From: Nitrososphaeria archaeon
Lineage (GTDB): Archaea; Thermoproteota; Nitrososphaeria; JACIWG01
Length of the DNA stretch: 64,000 bases
Assembly: GCA_963752255.1 (NCBI GenBank)
Contig: CAVVXT010000014.1
Coordinates: 32,803 to 96,802 of the forward strand
Reading direction: 5' to 3'
The first letter of the stretch is position 1; every line of letters starts with the position of its first letter. Below are positions 34,067-43,502 of the stretch, in pieces. The translations under genes and the position numbers were made by a program. The notes under the pieces were generated by a model. That model did no database searches. It was not told the DNA's origin and worked only from the letters and a program-made list of their open reading frames with translations.

Positions 34067-34681
34067 GTGGATTGGTTAGGAAAGGTGAATAGATTGTATA
34101 TTCCGGGTGCAACAGCTGTAGGAATAGTGTTCAAAGACGGCGTGATCTTGGGTGCTGACAAACGATTTGCTTATGGCAACTTCATAATGAGCAGAAACTC
34201 TAAAAAAGTGTTTATGATTAATAGTAATGTCGGTGCTGCATGTGCAGGAATGATCTCCGATATGCAGACCCTGATTAAACGTGTTGAAGCTGAAGCAAAG
34301 ATAAGAGAACTTGAAATTAGAAGACCTGTTCCTCCAAACTCTGTAGCAAAATTTATGTCTGCGATAATGTTCAATGAGAGACTTTATCCGCTTCTTACTC
34401 AGGTAATAGTGGGTGGTGTTGATGGTGTTCCATCAGTTTATGTTCTTGACCCATTGGGTTCAATTATACCTGATGAATACGCCGCCGTAGGTTCTGGTAC
34501 GGAAATCGCAATCGGTGTTATAGAAAGTGAGTATAAGAAAGATATGGATGAAGAGTCAGCGGTAAAACTTACGGTTAAATCTTTGAAATCAGCTATGCTA
34601 AGAGATGCTGCAAGCGGGGATGGAATAGACCTGCTGATAATTAAGTCGAACGAAACTAGACAAGAAGAAATTAAGTTATAA
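34067..34681 (+). CDS. psmB: proteasome beta subunit (copy 1)
   Basis: It has a propeptide and then the catalytic Thr (G/ATAVGIVFKDGVILGADKR), in an Ntn-hydrolase fold. Confidence 0.8.
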   Translation: MDWLGKVNRLYIPGATAVGIVFKDGVILGADKRFAYGNFIMSRNSKKVFMINSNVGAACAGMISDMQTLIKRVEAEAKIRELEIRRPVPPNSVAKFMSAIMFNERLYPLLTQVIVGGVDGVPSVYVLDPLGSIIPDEYAAVGSGTEIAIGVIESEYKKDMDEESAVKLTVKSLKSAMLRDAASGDGIDLLIIKSNETRQEEIKL

Positions 34682-34700
34682 TCTCCTCGTCCTTGTTATA

Positions 34701-35681
34701 ATGATGAATATGGGTTCTTATCCTACACAACTATCTCAAACTCTAAAGAAACAACATTATCATTTAGCAGGTTCTCACTCTGCCGTAAAAAAATGTAGTT
34801 GGCTCCATAAAAGCCTAGTCTCTAACAGAGTTTGTTACAAAGAAAAATTTTTTGGGATAAGCTCCCATCGCTGTCTGCAGATGTCTCCCTCCATTTTCCA
34901 CTGCAATCTAAGATGTCTACATTGTTGGCGTGTTATGCCAGAAGATATAGGTCTATTGTGGGATGAGCTTTCGCCTCCTAAGAAAGGTTGGGACGAGCCT
35001 GAAAAAATCTATGAAGAATCTATTTTAGCTCAGAGGAGGATACTTTCCGGCTATAAATCGCTTGTTCTAAAGGGGAAGGTGCCTGCAAAAAAATATCAAG
35101 AAGCGCTGAACCCCTCCCAGGTGGCGATATCGCTTTCTGGCGAACCAACAATCTATCCTAGGTTGAGCGAGTTGATACGAATCTACAAGAAAAATGGTTT
35201 TACAGTCTTTTTAGTAACAAATGGAACTTTACCTAATTCTTTATGTAATCTATCTTCTTTGCCTACTCAAATCTATATTTCATTAACTGCTTATGACCGT
35301 GACTCATTCACTAAACTTAACCGCCCTATGCTAGCGTCTTTATGGGATTCTGTGTTCAAGTCACTTGAACTAATTAGCTCATTAGAATGTCCCGTGGTTT
35401 TACGAATAACTTCAATAAAAGGGTTGAATATGGAGACGCCTAAAGCTTTCGCTGAGATAATCAACAGGTATGAGCCCCTGTATGTGGAGACTAAAGGTTA
35501 CATGAATGTTGGGTACTCAATTTATCGGTTGCAGAAGGATAACATGCCATCGCACGAGGATGTAAGATCATTTGCTACCATTTTATCTTCGTTGACAGGT
35601 TATAAGATAGTTGGAGAGTCGAAGGATAGTCGTGTCGTACTGCTTTCCAAGAAATTGTCGTCGCCGCAAAGGTTTAACTGA
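34701..35681 (+). CDS. taw1: tRNA 4-demethylwyosine synthase (Taw1/TYW1, radical SAM)
   Basis: It has the radical-SAM cluster CNLRCLHCWR and the Taw1-type upstream Cys (SSHRCLQMSP). Confidence 0.65.
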   Translation: MMNMGSYPTQLSQTLKKQHYHLAGSHSAVKKCSWLHKSLVSNRVCYKEKFFGISSHRCLQMSPSIFHCNLRCLHCWRVMPEDIGLLWDELSPPKKGWDEPEKIYEESILAQRRILSGYKSLVLKGKVPAKKYQEALNPSQVAISLSGEPTIYPRLSELIRIYKKNGFTVFLVTNGTLPNSLCNLSSLPTQIYISLTAYDRDSFTKLNRPMLASLWDSVFKSLELISSLECPVVLRITSIKGLNMETPKAFAEIINRYEPLYVETKGYMNVGYSIYRLQKDNMPSHEDVRSFATILSSLTGYKIVGESKDSRVVLLSKKLSSPQRFN

Positions 35682-35712
35682 TTGTTCCATTTAGAGCAAA
35701 TAGTGATAGCCT

Positions 35713-36297
35713 TTGGAGTCTATAGAGAATGATATAGATTATGGGGAGCTATTAAAAAAGCTCGAGTCCTTGGACTCAGAAAGAGAGTTCATATATAAAG
35801 AAAGCAGATCGGTACTCGTCTCCTTTCCAAAAGTCTTCACCTTTCTGCATGAAGGTAGGATAGATGAAGCCAAACAAATACTTGAAGAGCTTAAAAGAAA
35901 ATTATACGAATTAAGATCAAAGGTTGATGTAAGGTGGCTAAAATATCTTCTTCCTGCACAGATCGAGTATGTTGAGGCAACCGTTTTCCTAACAGTTTTA
36001 GTGGAATCACGTATTCCTTCCCAAAAGGAACTCGACTCTGAAATAGAAGCTTACTTACTAGGCTTACTTGACTGTGTAGGCGAACTAAGGCGTTCTGTTT
36101 ACGACAAGGTGAATGAACAAAATTATGATAAAGCGGTTTTTTTCTTCGATTCAATGAAGACTATCTTTGAGAATGTCTCCTCATTTTCCTACTTCGATAA
36201 CGTTGTCCCATCTCTAAGGCGTAAGATTGATTTGGCTAGAAGGTTGATCGAAGAAACCTATATAGATATAACAAAAATGAAGACTTTGAAGATCTGA
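35713..36297 (+). CDS. translin-family protein
   Basis: It is helical and has a C-terminal YLLGLLDCVGELRR motif resembling the translin/TRAX E..Y..G..D..GEL.R signature. Confidence 0.4.
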   Translation: MESIENDIDYGELLKKLESLDSEREFIYKESRSVLVSFPKVFTFLHEGRIDEAKQILEELKRKLYELRSKVDVRWLKYLLPAQIEYVEATVFLTVLVESRIPSQKELDSEIEAYLLGLLDCVGELRRSVYDKVNEQNYDKAVFFFDSMKTIFENVSSFSYFDNVVPSLRRKIDLARRLIEETYIDITKMKTLKI

Positions 36298-36299
36298 TT

Positions 36300-36956
36300 G
36301 TGTCTTTGTACCTAATTTCGTATGGTAAGATAAAGGAAATAGATAAACTTCATGATATAATTTCGAAAATACGATTTCCTAAATTTGCTGACCAAAAAGC
36401 TTACAGGTATATTTGTGCATGCGATGTAGCATATCATGAAACAAAAGAAAGGCGATCAGCGATAGCTGCTGCGATATTATATGATTGCATCTCTAGGAGA
36501 ATAGTTGAAAAGGAGACAATTATTTCACAGAATCCCCTTCCTTATGTTCCAGGTTACTTTTTTGCTAGAGAACTTCCACCTATAGTTTCAGTGTTAAAGA
36601 AAGTGCATTCAAGAGCTGATCTTATTTTAGTTGAGGGTCATGGCCGTCTGCATCCCAGAAGAAGCGGTTTAGCCGTTTACGTAGGTGTTTTTTTTGATAA
36701 GCCAACTTTAGGTGTAGCGAAGACTCTTTACGTTGGACAAGTTTCGAATATTAAACAGAATGTTTCAGAAGTAGTCTACGAAAACAAGGTTCTTGGACAG
36801 ATGATCTTTGCTCCCAATCTCAATAGAAGATATTATGTTAGCGTAGGGTATAAAATGAAGCTCGAGAAGGCAGTAGAAATAGTTACTAATCTTTTAGCGC
36901 AAGGAACAGACTTGATCCAAGAAGCTCATTTGCTATCAAAAACACTTAATTCTTAA
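36300..36956 (+). CDS. nfi: endonuclease V
   Basis: It has DVAYHE, PYVPGYFFARELPP, LVEGHGRLHPRRSGLA and PTLGVAK. Confidence 0.7.
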   Translation: MSLYLISYGKIKEIDKLHDIISKIRFPKFADQKAYRYICACDVAYHETKERRSAIAAAILYDCISRRIVEKETIISQNPLPYVPGYFFARELPPIVSVLKKVHSRADLILVEGHGRLHPRRSGLAVYVGVFFDKPTLGVAKTLYVGQVSNIKQNVSEVVYENKVLGQMIFAPNLNRRYYVSVGYKMKLEKAVEIVTNLLAQGTDLIQEAHLLSKTLNS

Positions 36957-36983
36957 ATCTTCAAATACCATCTGGGTAAAATT

Positions 36984-37703
36984 ATGTCGTTGTCATTTAG
37001 GGACATAAAATCATCATTGCTTCCCACGCTCCTAGAATTACTATGCATAGGTGCTAAGAATAATTCTATCGAAATATCTTCGATAGAATTAAGTAAACGT
37101 TTAGGAAAATCGCAACAAGCTGTCTCAACTCACATTTTAGAGTTAGAAAAACTTGGTCTCATCGAAGTTACCCATAAAAAAAGAAGATCCTGTATTAAGC
37201 TTACAGTAAATGGAAACTCTGTTTTGCTGAGCCTTTACTCCACTCTGAGAGAAATCTTTGAAGAAGTTCCAAATGTCATAGAATTCAACGGAGAAGTCTT
37301 CTCTGGAATGGGTGAAGGTTCGTACTATGTTACGATTAAGGGTTACAGTAGTCAATTTATCGAGAAACTTGGATTCAACCCCTACCCTGGTACACTGAAT
37401 ATTCGTCTAACATCAACTTTGGAAAGACGGCAAAAGAAGGAACTCGAATATTACACTGGTATACCATTGGAAGGTTTCCAAGATGGATACAGAACGTACG
37501 GTGGTGCAAAATGTTTTCCAGCAATTTTGAACGACAGCGTAGAGGGTGCAATAGTTATGACAAGAAGGACCCTCTATGACGAATCCGTCCTAGAATTCAT
37601 TGCTCCAATGAATCTTAGAGAACGATTAAAGCTCAAAGATGGTGACAGAGTCCGCCTTAAGGTATATTTCTCGGAAAAAAGTATACGTTCTATGTCTCAT
37701 TGA
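36984..37703 (+). CDS. ribK: CTP-dependent riboflavin kinase with an N-terminal winged-helix domain
   Basis: It has the archaeal RibK motifs PYPGTLNIRL and YTGIPLEGF, and an N-terminal HTH (KRLGKSQQAVSTHILELEKLGLI). Confidence 0.65.
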   Translation: MSLSFRDIKSSLLPTLLELLCIGAKNNSIEISSIELSKRLGKSQQAVSTHILELEKLGLIEVTHKKRRSCIKLTVNGNSVLLSLYSTLREIFEEVPNVIEFNGEVFSGMGEGSYYVTIKGYSSQFIEKLGFNPYPGTLNIRLTSTLERRQKKELEYYTGIPLEGFQDGYRTYGGAKCFPAILNDSVEGAIVMTRRTLYDESVLEFIAPMNLRERLKLKDGDRVRLKVYFSEKSIRSMSH

Positions 37704-38052
37704 CTAAGTTATCGTCTTTGAGGAGGGACGAACTTTTTATTCCTCCTATACTTTTAGTGAATCGAATAACTTTAATTTTCTTCCCTTTGGATTTGGCGAA
37801 TTCTTTGATCTCATTCTCGTTGTGTATTTGATCATATCCTAATGCGACGATATCGGGGTTGATTTTAATGAGGGTATTATATATGTTACCTTTTTCCCCG
37901 ATCATCGCGAAATCCACTATTCTTAACGAACTGACCAGTTCGAGTCTTTTTTCTTCGTTATTATACGTCTTCTTTCCTCTATTTTTTTCCGCTGTCTTGT
38001 CTGTTGCTACTATAACCACTAAGATGTCTCCTAAACTTTTTGCCATTCCCAA
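37690..38052 (-). CDS. ribL: FAD synthetase (RibL-like cytidylyltransferase); the coding frame extends upstream to about 38322 with no ATG/GTG/TTG
   Basis: The 120-aa ATG-initiated ORF matches the RibL C-terminal two-thirds. The essential (T/H)xGH motif CGGTFDIIHPGH lies in frame 8-19 codons upstream of that ATG, and the frame stays open to the TGA of the upstream gene. Confidence 0.55.
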   Translation of the reverse strand: MGMAKSLGDILVVIVATDKTAEKNRGKKTYNNEEKRLELVSSLRIVDFAMIGEKGNIYNTLIKINPDIVALGYDQIHNENEIKEFAKSKGKKIKVIRFTKSIGGIKSSSLLKDDNLVNET

Positions 38053-38325
38053 AGTTAACAGGTGTCCGGGATGTATTATGTCAAAGGTGCCACCACATAG
38101 AACAACTTTGACAGATTTTCTCCCACTTTCTGTGACTGTAACCTGTTTAGCGGTTGTTTTAATTTTACCTTTTTTGATAAGTTGTTCTGCGACCTTCCTG
38201 TTTTCTTCTAGGAAGGGTGAAAAAGATTCTATAATTTTTTTATAGAAAATTTTGGGGTTTTTCAGTTTTTCTACAAGAATCTTTTTTATGAATTCCTTTT
38301 CTATTTTGGGGTTTAACGTAAATTT

Positions 38326-39378
38326 TCACCATTTTAGGTCAAGAATTTTCTGGAATCTTAAAGAGTCTAAAAGTCCTTCAGCATAGCCAACGCTTAGCAT
38401 AGCAAGATGTTCCTCTCCTGAATTTAAAAATCTGATCGAGTCATCTAAGTAGCATTCAACATTTTCAAAAAGCTCGTCAAGATCCTGACTTTTTCCATGT
38501 GATATCTTATCTTTAGCCTCTCTCAGTGTGTCCCTTGTATTGTTAACGTACTTATTTACTAAGTATTCCACCCTTTTTTTTATGTTCTTGGTATTATCTT
38601 TAACCTTGTTCTTCCCTGTATCATAAAGAACCTGTATGGTTTCTTCTTCAGTGAAATGTAACTTTGATGGGATTACGATAGAGTAAGGTGGATATCCAAA
38701 ATCGATTCCTTCTAATTCTGATACCATTCCTGCATAAAATTTCTGGTCATCTCTTTCAATCCTACACGCCACAATCAAGAATGTGTCCTCCGAGAATGCG
38801 CCAAGCTTGTAAACATTTTCGGCATTTTCTAATGTTTTGAATGCAGACGTAGGTGAAACACCCTCCCCACTTTCTGTGTCAAATTCTAGCAAGAAGATAC
38901 TATGTGTTCCTTTTATCAAGTTATCATATAACGTAAAGTATACGGAAGTCGCAGGCGTACCGCTTTCCCTTATGATAGTCGTGACCCGCCCAAATTTATA
39001 TGGATGGAGGCCACAGCAGCTAGTTAAAAGTGAAACTATAGAAGTGTTATGAACAACTGTGCATAGAACACCACTTTTCTTTGATTCAACAACGAAATTC
39101 ATGTGCGTTGTCGCTAGGAGTGGGTCCCCAAGGACCGCTAGGCTGATATTCATTATTTTGGCTCTGTTCAAAATACTATCTATTTTATCCTCGAGGTCAG
39201 CTCTCTTGAGAACAGTAACTTCTTTACCAATCTGCAAACTTAAAGCCTTGACAAAGTTGACGGGAATCGGTGTAGTGTATCCATCAAGATATATGAAATC
39301 GCTTTTTTTAAGGACATCCATTCCACGCAAATTTATTGAATTAATTCCGTTGACTCCAAGTCCAACAAGCGCGAACAT
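38326..39378 (-). CDS. dphB: diphthine synthase (Dph5) with a C-terminal extension of about 85 aa
   Basis: It has LGDPLLATTH, YKFG and GYPPYSIVIPSKLH. The core is about 265 aa and is followed by a hydrophilic helical tail that ends at TGA. Confidence 0.7.
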   Translation of the reverse strand: MFALVGLGVNGINSINLRGMDVLKKSDFIYLDGYTTPIPVNFVKALSLQIGKEVTVLKRADLEDKIDSILNRAKIMNISLAVLGDPLLATTHMNFVVESKKSGVLCTVVHNTSIVSLLTSCCGLHPYKFGRVTTIIRESGTPATSVYFTLYDNLIKGTHSIFLLEFDTESGEGVSPTSAFKTLENAENVYKLGAFSEDTFLIVACRIERDDQKFYAGMVSELEGIDFGYPPYSIVIPSKLHFTEEETIQVLYDTGKNKVKDNTKNIKKRVEYLVNKYVNNTRDTLREAKDKISHGKSQDLDELFENVECYLDDSIRFLNSGEEHLAMLSVGYAEGLLDSLRFQKILDLKW

Positions 39379-39490
39379 GTCATTAACCCCTTTATCGTCG
39401 TCGACACTTCTTTTAATCTTTATAAAAAAGTTGGCTCAGAGTAAAAAGTTAAAAATGTCCAAAAGGCACCAAAAATGGTTTAGATGGATT

Positions 39491-39564
39491 GGGCCTGTGG
39501 CTCAGCCAGGCAGAGCGGCTGGCTCTTAACCAGTAAGTCGTGGGTTCAACTCCCACCAGGCCCG
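39491..39564 (+). tRNA. tRNA-Lys (CTT)
   Basis: The sequence gggcctgtggctcagccaggcagagcggctggctCTTaaccagtaagtcgtgggttcaactcccaccaggcccg folds as a canonical cloverleaf. Confidence 0.8.
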
Positions 39565-39565
39565 C

Positions 39566-40048
39566 TTGCTTTACTGGAACTATTTTTATATTGAGTCAAG
39601 AGTAATCCTTTACGTGTTAGTCGCTAGAGATGTTGTGGTCTTCTACGGGCATGAATTGATAAAAGGGACGCATAGGTCTACCTTTGAAATAACTACAGAG
39701 GATTTCCTTGGACCTAAAGGAGATTGTATTATTGGAATCAACGCTTCTAAATCGTGTTACGACTTAGATCCCTTACTCAAGAAGATGTTGAAAAACGATG
39801 ACGCTAAATTCACATTAACTTTAATGATTAAAGAACTTTTCTTCAAGATTTCTGCACATGGCTCTAAACAGTTGACCTTATCGGACAATAAAAGTATGGT
39901 CATTAGAACCAGTAATTTTATCTGCCCACGCACCCTTGCCATAAGAGCATCATCATCGGCCTACGATATTCCAAGATCCATGATTAATGAGTTGAAAAGA
40001 AGGGATAGGAGTGGGGTTATGATTTTGGAAGCTATGATACCCCGTTAA
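39566..40048 (+). CDS. conserved archaeal protein, DUF371-like
   Basis: The segment GHELIKGTHRSTFEITTEDFLGPKGDCIIGINA resembles the DUF371 core (H..I.ATH.TT.EIT.....T.RGDCIIG). Confidence 0.35.
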   Translation: MLYWNYFYIESRVILYVLVARDVVVFYGHELIKGTHRSTFEITTEDFLGPKGDCIIGINASKSCYDLDPLLKKMLKNDDAKFTLTLMIKELFFKISAHGSKQLTLSDNKSMVIRTSNFICPRTLAIRASSSAYDIPRSMINELKRRDRSGVMILEAMIPR

Positions 40049-40742
40049 TTGGGTATCCGTCCTCTCCTATTAGGGGAACAAAGACACATTCAGTCTTTTT
40101 TTCTATCTTTAGTCCACCATCTACCAACTTTCTTCCTTTGATCAGTGTTTGAAATAATACTCCACCAATCGGTGCTAGGATGACTCCTCCGACTTTTAGT
40201 TGTTTAACAAGAGCTTTTGGAAATCTTGGTGAAGCCGCTGTAATCGTTATCTTATCGTAGAGTTCTCCCTCGTCTTTAGGTGGGTATCCTAAACTACCAT
40301 CTCCTCTCGTAACCTGAACATAGTCTGAGTAGCCGGCCTTATCGATGTTACTTTTAGCGAAGCTGACAAGACTAGGAATTCTTTCTACGGTAATCACTTT
40401 ACCTGTTAAATCTTTTTTTCCATCACTTACAATATATGCCATCAAGGTTGCGTTATAACCACTTCCGGTCCCAATTTCAAGTACGCTTTTCCCTTTCATT
40501 AGATCGAGTTCCTCTAACATAATAGCGATCATGTGCGGTGCAGATATGGTTTGACCGGTATTGCCTAAAGGTAATGGTACATCAAAGTAGGCCTTATCAA
40601 TCATGTTTGGCCAGACAAAAGCTTCTCTGGGCACATTTAGAAAGGCGGATTCAACTTCCTTACTTTTAATAATATTATCATCTCTTAATCCTTTAACCAG
40701 TATCTTTCTCTGTTCCTCAAGAGTTCTGATCATTGCAACCAC
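40032..40742 (-). CDS. pcm: protein-L-isoaspartate O-methyltransferase
   Basis: It has the SAM motif VLEIGTGSGYNA and is about 220-240 aa. Confidence 0.8.
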   Translation of the reverse strand: MVAMIRTLEEQRKILVKGLRDDNIIKSKEVESAFLNVPREAFVWPNMIDKAYFDVPLPLGNTGQTISAPHMIAIMLEELDLMKGKSVLEIGTGSGYNATLMAYIVSDGKKDLTGKVITVERIPSLVSFAKSNIDKAGYSDYVQVTRGDGSLGYPPKDEGELYDKITITAASPRFPKALVKQLKVGGVILAPIGGVLFQTLIKGRKLVDGGLKIEKKTECVFVPLIGEDGYPINGVS

Positions 40743-41764
40743 TGATCTAAAGAGAAGTCCTTCTCTTTCTTTTCAGCTCCAGTCTCCTTTAATTTTTTTA
40801 TCGTATTCAAGATACGTTCTTCAGAAAATTCGTGCACATCGCATAAAAAGCTTAGTAATCCTTCTTCGTCTAAGCTCTTAAAAGATATATCAAAGTCTTC
40901 TAGAACCTTCGGTTTCAAGAATATCTCTCGGATAGTATTATAATCGATTGTCTTCAAGTTTTTTTCTATATCCGGTATCTTCTCTAAGCTTCCATATTGC
41001 TTAATAGCCTTTAGAGCTTTCACAGGTCCATAGCCTCTGAATCCATCCGGATCAAAGTCGGTTCCGACAAGAATTCCTATATCAACCAACTGCTCCCGAG
41101 TTATGTTTAGACTGCTTAAAACCCCGTCCAACAATATCTCTTCCGGCTCTATTTCTTGATATATGTTTTTACCCGGCAACTTTCTTTTTCCTGAAATAGT
41201 TACGTTTCGGCATAATCTCTTTCCTCCAAAAAGAAGGGCATCATAATCTTGCGAGACTGCGGCGTAGGCCTTGCCTATAGTTGAAAAATATGAAGCAGTT
41301 GCTTCTCCTTCTGACGGTGCTTGAGCCCAAGGAATCCCTATAAGGTCTAGAAGTTTTTTTGCGTCATTGACCATTACGTCTGTCAGATAAGATGTCATTT
41401 TTGCATATTTTTTAGCCGTCTCAATCTCGCCTCTTTCTAATGCTACTGTGTACTTGATCTTCGCTTCTTCTTTCACCACTCTTCTTCTACTGATTTCTAA
41501 GCTCTTCATCTGGGGTGGTGCACCATCAAAAATGTAGACAGGTTTTATTCCTAAAGTTAACAAGTTCATAGTACGGTAAAATAATCCGCTTAGATGACTT
41601 GTCACATTTCCCTTAGAGTCTCTTAAAGGCTCCCCAGTTCTGCCTCTGATTATGGATAAAAATTGATATAACGCATTGTATGCGTCAATTGCTAATATTT
41701 TTTCTCCTAATTCGTTTAGCGATATCTTCTTAGGGCTAATAATATCCTTTATATCAACTCCCAT
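40730..41764 (-). CDS. fen: flap endonuclease 1
   Basis: It has N and I nuclease domains (MGVDIKDII..., IDAYNALYQFL, GEPLRDSKGNVTSHL, VYIFDGAPP, EGEA) and a C-terminal PIP-like tail. Confidence 0.85.
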   Translation of the reverse strand: MGVDIKDIISPKKISLNELGEKILAIDAYNALYQFLSIIRGRTGEPLRDSKGNVTSHLSGLFYRTMNLLTLGIKPVYIFDGAPPQMKSLEISRRRVVKEEAKIKYTVALERGEIETAKKYAKMTSYLTDVMVNDAKKLLDLIGIPWAQAPSEGEATASYFSTIGKAYAAVSQDYDALLFGGKRLCRNVTISGKRKLPGKNIYQEIEPEEILLDGVLSSLNITREQLVDIGILVGTDFDPDGFRGYGPVKALKAIKQYGSLEKIPDIEKNLKTIDYNTIREIFLKPKVLEDFDISFKSLDEEGLLSFLCDVHEFSEERILNTIKKLKETGAEKKEKDFSLDQWLQ

Positions 41765-41995
41765 TTACCTTTCTTCCTTTTCGCGCAAATTTACTTTCTC
41801 TATTCTCTTTTTATCTTTTCCTATCCATTTTGTTATAATTAATCCGTTTATTTCAAGGTCAAGTAATACATCATTTATTTCTCTTAACGAGAACTCCAAA
41901 TTCTCTTTCTTCAGACTATCTACTAGATCCTTATCCGTTAAAGCCCCTTTAGCGTTTAATTTATTAATGATTATATGCTTAAGATTTGTCTTCAA
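41765..41995 (-). CDS. small hypothetical protein, possibly winged-helix
   Basis: The 76-aa ORF is stacked directly upstream of fen1. Confidence 0.25.
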   Translation of the reverse strand: MKTNLKHIIINKLNAKGALTDKDLVDSLKKENLEFSLREINDVLLDLEINGLIITKWIGKDKKRIEKVNLREKEER

Positions 41996-42181
41996 TCTGC
42001 TCCACTTATATCAAAGTAATTCTCTTTTTATCTTTTTGCAGCCAGAATTAATTTGAATTAATTTGTTTGATTAAATGCTTCCTAATTATCAAATTCTTAT
42101 TTTGTTTTCTAATATTGGGTTCCTAGGAATAGGGAACATTTATATTAAAACTGTCCTTTCCAGAAAAACAGGTAAGAGGAA

Positions 42182-42466
42182 ATGGAAACTGTTAAAGTCC
42201 AAGGGAAAAATTTAAAACATAAAGTTCTGATGTATACTCTAAGCTCATGCGCATGGTGCAAGAGAACGAAGAAGTTTCTGTCCGATAATGGTGTAGCGTA
42301 CGAATATATCGACATTGATTTATGTGAAGAAGAAGATCGCGAAAAGATAAGGAAAGATATCCGTGATAGAGGTGGAGCTGTAGCATTTCCAACCATGATC
42401 GTGGACGACAAAATTTTGATAACCGGCTTTGTTGCCGACAAAATAAAGGAGGCCTTAGAGATTTGA
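42182..42466 (+). CDS. glutaredoxin-like thiol-disulfide protein
   Basis: It has the CxxC active site YTLSSCAWCKRTKKFL and thioredoxin-fold length. Confidence 0.6.
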   Translation: METVKVQGKNLKHKVLMYTLSSCAWCKRTKKFLSDNGVAYEYIDIDLCEEEDREKIRKDIRDRGGAVAFPTMIVDDKILITGFVADKIKEALEI

Positions 42467-43011
42467 TAACTCTAGAAAAAGTGCAACGGAGGGCAGAAAG
42501 TGATGCTAAGACACGTGGCTATTTCTTAAATCCCAACAACAGTTTTTTAAAAGATCTTCTTGAAGGGCTCAGACAAAATGAAGAACGCTACGGTTATCCC
42601 TCTTGTCCATGCAGACTGGCTACAGGAAAGTTTGACTTGGATAGGGACATAATATGTCCCTGTGATTACAGAGACCCGGATGTGGAAGAATATGGATGCT
42701 GCTATTGTGCGCTTTTTGTAAGTAAAGATGTTTATGAGGGGAGGAAGGAGGCGTCTTCTATTCCAGAGCGAAGACCAATAGATAAGCAGATTTCTAAGCC
42801 CGGAGAAGATTTAAAAAACGCAAATCAAAGCCAACCATTTCCGCCTATTAATACCCTTACAGAGACGCAGAAGGGGAAAAAGAAGGTGTGGTATTGCAGA
42901 CAGTGCGGATACATATGCTTTAGGGAAGAGCCTCCTTACATTTGCCCAGTATGTAAGGCAAAGAGGGAGATGTTTGCTGAATTGAATATAACTACAGGTG
43001 TATACGGTTAG
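42463..43011 (+). CDS. ferredoxin:thioredoxin-reductase-like catalytic domain fused to a C-terminal rubredoxin-like domain
   Basis: It has the FTR catalytic Cys pattern CPCR...ICPC...CCYCALF, then WYCRQCGY...CPVCKA, and it overlaps the glutaredoxin stop by 4 nt. Confidence 0.6.
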   Translation: MITLEKVQRRAESDAKTRGYFLNPNNSFLKDLLEGLRQNEERYGYPSCPCRLATGKFDLDRDIICPCDYRDPDVEEYGCCYCALFVSKDVYEGRKEASSIPERRPIDKQISKPGEDLKNANQSQPFPPINTLTETQKGKKKVWYCRQCGYICFREEPPYICPVCKAKREMFAELNITTGVYG

Positions 43012-43106
43012 CTGATTACCTTAATCTTTAACTTATTGAAAAAATAACTGTCCTTCTTTCGACCAAAGATTAATATTCTTACTTTGATTGACTCTTAATT
43101 GGGAAA

Positions 43107-43469
43107 ATGCTACAAAAGGAGTACAAACAGGCGATTGTCGTGAGAAGCGATTTAAAGATGCAAAAAGGAAAGATTGCGGCCCAAGTTGCTCACGCCTCTT
43201 TGACGAGTGCAGAAGAGACCAAGAAGGATAAACCTGAGCTATTCAGAAAATGGTGGGAGAGCGGACAGAAGAAGGTTGTTTTAAAAGTCGATAGTTTAGA
43301 TAAGATATTTGGAATAACACAAATAGCTGAAAGGAATGATATCATTTATTCTATCATTGAGGACAAAGGATTGACGCAAATCCCTCCTGGAACTGTAACC
43401 TGCGTTGGGATCGGGCCCGATGAAGAAAAGAAGGTAGAGAAGATAACAGGGAATTTAAAACTACTTTAA
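43107..43469 (+). CDS. pth2: peptidyl-tRNA hydrolase, archaeal Pth2 type
   Basis: It is 120 aa with KQAIVVRSDLKMQKGKIAAQVAHAS and CVGIGPD. Confidence 0.75.
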   Translation: MLQKEYKQAIVVRSDLKMQKGKIAAQVAHASLTSAEETKKDKPELFRKWWESGQKKVVLKVDSLDKIFGITQIAERNDIIYSIIEDKGLTQIPPGTVTCVGIGPDEEKKVEKITGNLKLL

Positions 43470-43502
43470 TTCTTATTAAACAGTCTGTAAAAGCATTACG
43501 TA

